The notes under the pieces: generated by a model
The model's database searches: none
The model's input: the letters and a program-made list of their open reading frames with translations, nothing else
Told to the model about the DNA's origin: nothing
From: an uncultured bacterium
Lineage (GTDB): Bacteria > Caldisericota > Caldisericia > B22-G15
Direction of reading: 5' to 3'
Length of the DNA: 12,204 nucleotides
NCBI GenBank assembly: GCA_965612865.1
Contig: CBFDTJ010000045.1
Coordinates: 1-12,204, forward strand
Part shown: positions 7,026 through 12,204 of the stretch, piece by piece
Numbering within the stretch: position 1 is the first letter of the stretch
How the letters are laid out: every line of letters starts with the position of its first letter
Program-made: the position numbers and the translations under genes

Positions 7026-8320
7026 AAGGTTTGGACGGCTCGAGTACACTTTTATCTGGAATTGAAATTTTACTTTTAGTGTTACTCTCATCTATTTTCT
7101 CTGCATCTGAAGTTGCCTTTATAGGGAGTTCGGAGATAAGGTTGAGAAAATTAATGGATGAGGGTAACGAGAAAGCAAAAAAAATTTTAAAATTAAGGGA
7201 TAAACCAGAAAAACTTATAAGTACTATAATCGTTGGCAATAATTTCGTCAACATATTTGCTGCTTCTTTATCAACAGTTCTATTTATAAGGTTGTTTAAA
7301 GAACGAGGTTATCTATATTCCTCCTTGATAATGACATTAATTATTGTTCTTTTTGGAGAGATGATTCCAAAAACACTTGCTTCTTACTATCCAGAGTCTC
7401 TATCGATAAAGCTCTATCCATTGTATAGTTTCTTTTCTTACATATTTTATCCCTTCTCTTTTATTCTCAGCAAGATAAATGATGGTATTATGAGAATTTT
7501 TGGAAAAAAATTGAAGAAAAGTGTTACTGTTGGAGAAGAAGAGTTTAGAATTCTACTTTCTTTAAGTAGAGAAAAAGGAACTATTGATGAATATGAGAAG
7601 GAAATGATAGAGGGCGTGTTTGAGCTTCAGGATAAACCTGTATATGAAGTTATGACTCCAAGAGTAGATATGGTTGTCTTACCACTTAATGCAAGCAAAG
7701 AGGAGATTGCAGAGTGTTTTGCAAAAACAGGCTACTCAAGGATACCAATATACAATGGTTCTATTGATAATATTGTTGGGATCCTTCACGTGAAAGACTT
7801 TCTTAAGCTTGTTCTTAAAGGTGATAACGGAATTAGAGAGCATCTCCATAAACCTACTTTTGTTCCCGATACTAAAAAAATTGGAGAACTTTTTAGAGAA
7901 ATGAGAAAAAAGAAAATACAGATGGTTATAGTAATAGATGAATTTGGAGGAGTGGAAGGTCTGGTTACTATGGAAGATATTGTAGAAGAGATTGTAGGTG
8001 AAATTCAAGATGAGTACGATATAGAAGAAGTGCCTTATAGAAAGATAGGACCAAATATTTTTGTCTTCGATGCAAAGATACCTATTGAAGATGTGGAAAA
8101 AGTTATAAATGAAAAACTACCCAAAGAGGAATATGAGACTCTGAGTGGTCTTTTCCTTGATCTCATAGGTCATATACCTCAGAAAGGAGAGAGTGTTTCT
8201 TATAATTCACTTAGATTTACTGCTATAGATGTTAGAGGTAATAGAATAGTGAAAATAAAAATAGAAAAAGGAAGAAGGGATGAAAAAGGAGATAATAGAA
8301 TTACTGATAAAAAAGGCTAA
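7022..8320 (+). CDS. HlyC/CorC (CNNM/DUF21 + CBS pair + CorC_HlyC) family membrane protein, putative Mg2+/Co2+ transporter ('hemolysin family')
   Basis: LS..FSASEVAF, STIIVGNNFVNI, FGEMIPKTLA, EVMTPRVDMV, GYSRIPIY....DNIVGILHVKD, VIDEFGGVEGLVTMEDIVEEIVGEIQDEYD and YETLSG......GHIP..G. GTG start in a GTGA overlap. Confidence 0.93.
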   Translation: MKGLDGSSTLLSGIEILLLVLLSSIFSASEVAFIGSSEIRLRKLMDEGNEKAKKILKLRDKPEKLISTIIVGNNFVNIFAASLSTVLFIRLFKERGYLYSSLIMTLIIVLFGEMIPKTLASYYPESLSIKLYPLYSFFSYIFYPFSFILSKINDGIMRIFGKKLKKSVTVGEEEFRILLSLSREKGTIDEYEKEMIEGVFELQDKPVYEVMTPRVDMVVLPLNASKEEIAECFAKTGYSRIPIYNGSIDNIVGILHVKDFLKLVLKGDNGIREHLHKPTFVPDTKKIGELFREMRKKKIQMVIVIDEFGGVEGLVTMEDIVEEIVGEIQDEYDIEEVPYRKIGPNIFVFDAKIPIEDVEKVINEKLPKEEYETLSGLFLDLIGHIPQKGESVSYNSLRFTAIDVRGNRIVKIKIEKGRRDEKGDNRITDKKG

Positions 8321-8693
8321 GGAAGTAAGAAAATTAGCGTATGCTCCATATTCAAACTTTAAAGTCGGAGCTGCACTTCTTACGAAGTCTGGTAAAATAT
8401 ATACTGGGTGTAATGTGGAGAATGCAAGCTATGGAGCAACTGTGTGCGCAGAGAGAGTAGCAATGTTTAAAGCAGTTTCTGAAGGAGAAAGAAAGTTTGA
8501 GGCTATAGCTGTGTATGTTGAAACAGAGATTTTGGCTTTTCCCTGCGCATTATGCAGGCAGGTAATGTATGAATTCTCTCCAGATATGAAGATAATCTCG
8601 GCAAATAAAGATAGATATGAAGTTAAGACTCTTGATGAATTATTCCCATATCCTTTTGGACCTAAAGACTTATTAAAATCAGGAGGTAATTAG
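8280..8693 (+). CDS. cdd: Cytidine deaminase (homotetrameric, three-Cys type)
   Basis: AYAPYSNFKVGAALL, GCNVENASYG.TVCAERVA and PCALCRQV..EF; 137 aa. Confidence 0.96.
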   Translation: MKKEIIELLIKKAKEVRKLAYAPYSNFKVGAALLTKSGKIYTGCNVENASYGATVCAERVAMFKAVSEGERKFEAIAVYVETEILAFPCALCRQVMYEFSPDMKIISANKDRYEVKTLDELFPYPFGPKDLLKSGGN

Positions 8694-9464
8694 ATGCGTA
8701 AAGGCTGGATTGGTGGTAACTGGAAGATGCACAAAACTTTAAAAGACGGTGTCGAAACTGTGGAGAAACTGAGTGAATCGGTAGCACTCTTAAGAGGAAG
8801 TGATATCGTTATTTTTCCTCCATTCACCTTGCTTTACTCAATAAAAGAACTGATTGATCTTCCTCATATTCATCTTGGTGCTCAGAATATGCACTGGGAG
8901 GAGTTCGGAGCATACACAGGTGAAATTTCTCCAAAAATGCTTAAAGACGCTGGGGTAAGTTATGTAATAATAGGACATTCTGAGAGAAGAAAGTATTTTG
9001 GAGAAAGCGATGAGACGGTAAACAAAAAAATTATATCTGCAATAAAACATGGGTTAAACCCTGTACTCTGTGTGGGAGAGACATTAGAAGAGAGAAAAAA
9101 GGGACTGGAAAAGGAAGTTATAGAGAAACAATTTAAATCTGATCTGAAAAAAATCCCATTGAGTTCATTAAAAGATATTGTGATTGCCTATGAACCTGTT
9201 TGGGCAATAGGTACAGGAGCCAATGCCTCACCAAAAGAAGCTGGAGAGATGCACAGATTTATAAGAGAACTAATAGGAAAATATGCATCTAAAGATTTTA
9301 TGGATGAGGTAAGGATTGTTTACGGAGGAAGTGTTAAGCCTGAAAATGCAGAAGAACTGGCAGAAGAGGAAGAGATAGATGGATTTCTGGTAGGTGGAGC
9401 TTCACTAAAGGCAGATTCATTCTCAAAAATAATAGAGATATTCAATGAGGTAAAGGGGTCTTAA
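8694..9464 (+). CDS. tpiA: Triosephosphate isomerase
   Basis: GNWKM, GAQN, GAYTGEISP, IIGHSERR, AYEPVWAIGTG, YGGSVKP and DGFLVGGASL, with all catalytic residues present. SD AGGAGGT at 8681-8687. Confidence 0.98.
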   Translation: MRKGWIGGNWKMHKTLKDGVETVEKLSESVALLRGSDIVIFPPFTLLYSIKELIDLPHIHLGAQNMHWEEFGAYTGEISPKMLKDAGVSYVIIGHSERRKYFGESDETVNKKIISAIKHGLNPVLCVGETLEERKKGLEKEVIEKQFKSDLKKIPLSSLKDIVIAYEPVWAIGTGANASPKEAGEMHRFIRELIGKYASKDFMDEVRIVYGGSVKPENAEELAEEEEIDGFLVGGASLKADSFSKIIEIFNEVKGS

Positions 9465-9466
9465 AA

Positions 9467-10120
9467 ATGACAAGAGAGGAGGTTGCTAGATTTATAGATC
9501 ACACATTGTTAAAACCAGAGGCTACCTACAATGATATAAAAAAGTTGTGTGAGGAAGCCAAAAAATACCATTTTTATGCTGTATGTATAAATCCATCTTT
9601 TGTAAAGATGGCAAAAGAATTTTTAAAAGACACCGACATAAAAGTTGCTACTGTCATAGGATTTCCTCTTGGAGCAGACTCAATAAACACAAAGGTGTAT
9701 GAAACTAAAGATGCTATACTAAATGGAGCTGATGAAGTAGATATGGTCATAAATATAGGAGCTTTAAAATCAAAGGATTATGCTTATATATATGATGAAA
9801 TCAGAGCAATAAAGTCTGTAGCGAAAGAAAAAGTTCTCAAGGTTATAATAGAAGCTCCAGTTTTGACATACGAGGAGAAAATAATTGCTTGTAGCATCTC
9901 AAAAGCAGCTGGCGCTGATTTTGTTAAAACCTCCACAGGTTTCTCAAAACAAGGAGGAGCCACAGTAGAAGATGTTAAGCTTATGAAAGCGATTGTCGGT
10001 GATAATGTTGGAGTTAAGGCAGCTGGGGGGATAAGAACATTTGAAAAAGCAGTTGAAATGATAAATGCAGGAGCAAACAGAATAGGCGCATCTTCGTCAG
10101 TTAGGATAATGGAAGATTGA
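9467..10120 (+). CDS. deoC: Deoxyribose-phosphate aldolase
   Basis: IDHTLLKP, TVIGFPLG, GADEVDMVINIG, LKVIIE, GADFVKTSTGF (Schiff-base Lys), VKAAGGIRT and GA.RIGASS. Confidence 0.97.
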   Translation: MTREEVARFIDHTLLKPEATYNDIKKLCEEAKKYHFYAVCINPSFVKMAKEFLKDTDIKVATVIGFPLGADSINTKVYETKDAILNGADEVDMVINIGALKSKDYAYIYDEIRAIKSVAKEKVLKVIIEAPVLTYEEKIIACSISKAAGADFVKTSTGFSKQGGATVEDVKLMKAIVGDNVGVKAAGGIRTFEKAVEMINAGANRIGASSSVRIMED

Positions 10121-10836
10121 ACAACAACATCAAAACAGAGTGTGTGATACTCAAGAAACTACCATATAAAGAGAAAGATCTCTTTGTAGTATTGTTTTCT
10201 AAAGACTTAGGTAAGATTCTTGCAAAGGCTAAAGGTGGATTGAAGATTAATAGTAGATGGGGTAGTCTCCTTGAGACTATGAATCTTATTAAAACAAACC
10301 TTTATAAAAGAGGAGATTATTTTTACATTACAGAGAGTAAAGTTATAGATACATTTATCAATATAAAAAGAGATGTAGAGAAGTCTTTTATCGCAATGGA
10401 AATATTGAAATTGATAGACAAAACTCAAACACAGAACAGCGACTCAGAGAAGATATTCCAGCTCCTTGTTTCAGTTCTAAAAGCCATAAAAAATACAAAT
10501 AGTTTAAAAGAGTATTACTATTATTTCCTTTTACAACTCCTGGTCCTTGAGGGGATTCTGTTCCCTGTAGAGAAATGTATAAAATGTGGAACTAAACTCG
10601 AGCCGCCTATCCTTTTTGATAAAAAAGAAGTGGGTTTTGTGTGTAAAAATTGTGTATCTCAATCATCAGAAAAAATAGAAAAAGAAACATGGATTACACT
10701 TAAATCATTGCTTGAAGGAAATTTTACAGAGATAGAAGATCTATACAACAGAATCTACAAGGAATTATTTGACATTCTTTTTTCAGTATATAAAAGCAAA
10801 TTTAGCATTGATATAATAGATTTTGAATTTGCATAA
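10117..10836 (+). CDS. recO: DNA repair protein RecO
   Basis: N-terminal OB-fold pattern VILKKLPYKEKD..V.LFSKDLGKI.A.AKG, C-terminal Zn finger CIKCG...GFVCKNC, 239 aa, and usual position after ybeY-dgkA-cdd. TTG start in a TTGA overlap. Confidence 0.9.
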   Translation: MNNNIKTECVILKKLPYKEKDLFVVLFSKDLGKILAKAKGGLKINSRWGSLLETMNLIKTNLYKRGDYFYITESKVIDTFINIKRDVEKSFIAMEILKLIDKTQTQNSDSEKIFQLLVSVLKAIKNTNSLKEYYYYFLLQLLVLEGILFPVEKCIKCGTKLEPPILFDKKEVGFVCKNCVSQSSEKIEKETWITLKSLLEGNFTEIEDLYNRIYKELFDILFSVYKSKFSIDIIDFEFA

Positions 10837-10840
10837 AACT

Positions 10841-11353
10841 TCAGTAATATCTGGTCACTTTAAATTTATGGATATCAATATCATTATCATAGGGGGCTAT
10901 TCCTGCCTTTAGTTTAGCAATGCGAAGTTGCTCCTCTACAGTATCCACACCCTCTATATCTGGAAGGAGTAAACCTCTCATAAAACCCTTTGAGACTATA
11001 ACCCCAAATTTCTTTGGGTCAAGTTCACTTATATCCTTTACAGGTTCAGGAGGCTCAAGGACATCCACAGAGTAGGTTATATATTTTAACTCTTCTGGGC
11101 TCACTGGAGGAAAACGTGGATCTTGTGTAGCAGCAGAGATTGCGTTATAAATTATTTCCTCGAGAATATTTCTTTTAGTCGGAAGATACGTACCTATACA
11201 TCCCCTGAGTTCTTTTCCCTTGTGTAATGTAACAAAAACTCCTTTTCTTACATTTTTGTATTCTCTCAACAACTCATCTGGAGGATCTATAATAACTCCA
11301 TCTATCAGGTACTTTTCTATTGCTTCCTTAGCAAGTTTCACCAGAGGGTGCAT
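10841..11353 (-). CDS. amrA: AMMECR1-domain protein (AmmeMemoRadiSam system protein A)
   Basis: GVFVTLH....[22 protein letters not shown]...EL, SVDVL, G.RGLLLPD..GV.....QL.IA..KAG. SD AGGAGG 6 nt upstream of the ATG on the minus strand. Confidence 0.93.
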   Translation of the reverse strand: MHPLVKLAKEAIEKYLIDGVIIDPPDELLREYKNVRKGVFVTLHKGKELRGCIGTYLPTKRNILEEIIYNAISAATQDPRFPPVSPEELKYITYSVDVLEPPEPVKDISELDPKKFGVIVSKGFMRGLLLPDIEGVDTVEEQLRIAKLKAGIAPYDNDIDIHKFKVTRYY

Positions 11354-11356
11354 AAT

Positions 11357-12149
11357 TTACCTCCTGAAGATACTAACCATATATCCCACTCCAAATGGTC
11401 CCTCATACGAAAGAACTTCCGGGGTAAACTCATCAAAGGGAAGGGCTCCTATTAGCGTTAAGATTGGCTTAAATCCACACTCTCCAGCATCCTCTACAAT
11501 TCCTTCCGGAATAGAGAGAAGAGTCTGTAAATCTTTATTTTTTATGGCAGATACAACCTCTCTATCAAATAAAGGACCGTTGGGGCTAAATCCATAAGGG
11601 CCATAGGGAGAAAGTCTATGAGAGAGATCTCCAGATGCAATTAATCCTATCCTCCCATTTGTTTGTTCACAGACACCCCTTATAAATTCTCCTATCTGTA
11701 TCAACCTTTCCTTAGAGGCAGTAAATTCTGGACTCATTGCTACAATTTTTGATTGAATACGAGCCTCATTTAAATAGTATAGAGGAACCATAGTGGCATG
11801 ATCCAGAGGAGTGTCTGGCGACAGTGGCACAAAATTTATACCTTTTTCTTTGCCCTGTTTTATAAGTTCTTTAACCATTAGTTCATCATTTTCATACTCC
11901 AAGTAAACCTGAGGAGCACCAAATTGAGAAAAATCTCCATAGAGAAGTCTTGAAGAATATATGGATATAGAATCATATATATATGGAGCATGTGGAGAGA
12001 TTATCAATATAGTACCAAGATTCAGTTTTTTAAACTCTTCCGCTATCTTTTTAAGAGATAGATCAGTCTTCTTTACTTTTTCTCTCTCCCTTCCTCCAAC
12101 TTCTGGTATGAGAAGCGGAGGATGGGGTGAGATGGCACCTATTAAAACA
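11357..12149 (-). CDS. Class III extradiol dioxygenase subunit B-like (LigB/MEMO1-fold) protein, AmmeMemoRadiSam protein B-like; 5'-truncated by the contig end
   Basis: ISPHPPLLIPEVG, IISPH, GDFSQFG, LDHATMVPLYYL, IASGDLSHRL, GPYGFSP.G..FD, AGECG and SYEGPFGVGY; directly upstream of the AMMECR1 gene. The first 14 aa of the track ORF come from the adapter, and the first fully genomic codon is GTT at 12148-12146. Confidence 0.88.
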
Positions 12150-12204
12150 CTGTCTCTTATACACATCTCCGAGCCCACGAGACTAGGCATGATCTCGTAT
12201 GCCG
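12150..12204 (-). other. Illumina Nextera P7/i7 adapter (sequencing artefact, not genomic)
   Basis: On the plus strand: CTGTCTCTTATACACATCT (12150-12168), CCGAGCCCACGAGAC (12169-12183), index TAGGCATG (12184-12191) and ATCTCGTATGCCG (12192-12204). Exact reverse complement of 14-68. Confidence 0.99.

Noticed and set aside
7022..8320. 'Hemolysin' as a virulence factor
   Set aside because: The CNNM-CBS-CorC architecture is a divalent-cation transport family commonly found beside ybeY. The hemolysin label is a legacy annotation.
10891..10916. Possible terminator hairpin downstream of recO (AGGGGGCTATTCCTGCCTTTAGTTT)
   Set aside because: The stem is only about 6 bp, half of them G-U, with no proper U-tract. 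It is explained by amrA codons on the other strand.
169..11597. Short opposite-strand ORFs in the track (e.g. 169-423, 773-1081, 4647-5084, 6641-6958, 11220-11597)
   Set aside because: All lie antisense to well-supported genes. They are Ser/Phe/Leu/Ile-rich, as expected from the reverse complement of purine-rich coding DNA, and show no recognisable motifs.
69..12149. CRISPR array, tRNA/rRNA genes, tandem repeats, prophage or defence genes
   Set aside because: Essentially all bases are accounted for by recognisable CDSs. By eye I found no periodic repeats, GC-rich structured RNA segments, or integrase/nuclease-type ORFs.
14..12204. Tn5-like composite transposon or novel mobile element bounded by 55-bp terminal inverted repeats
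   Set aside because: The repeats include the Illumina P7 primer and an i7 index. The mosaic ends are in target orientation rather than cargo orientation, there is no transposase, and the content is core housekeeping genes.

Overview
This looks like a complete ~12 kb assembled contig from a low-GC, purine-rich bacterium, with codon and amino-acid usage suggesting a thermophilic anaerobe (taxon not determinable here). Both ends carry untrimmed Illumina Nextera P7/i7 adapter with the same index, at 1-68 and 12150-12204. These mimic terminal inverted repeats and give the last ORF a false N-terminus. The genomic part (69-12149) is core housekeeping DNA. A very compact 13-gene plus-strand run reads hrcA-rsmE-mtaB-rpsU(missed by the ORF track)-phoH-pgpH-like HD-ybeY-dgkA-CNNM/HlyC-cdd-tpiA-deoC-recO. 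It meets tail-to-tail with a minus-strand LigB/MEMO-like + AMMECR1 gene pair (AmmeMemoRadiSam system, function unknown). I see no mobile element, CRISPR array, RNA gene or clearly new system. Points worth a second look: a hairpin that could hide a 13-nt Shine-Dalgarno (SD) in front of rpsU; a possible ATA start or UGA readthrough for phoH; hrcA without grpE-dnaK-dnaJ-prmA; tpiA-deoC in the slot usually held by era; an RsmE with altered conserved motifs; and the in-frame but separate LigB/AMMECR1 pair.
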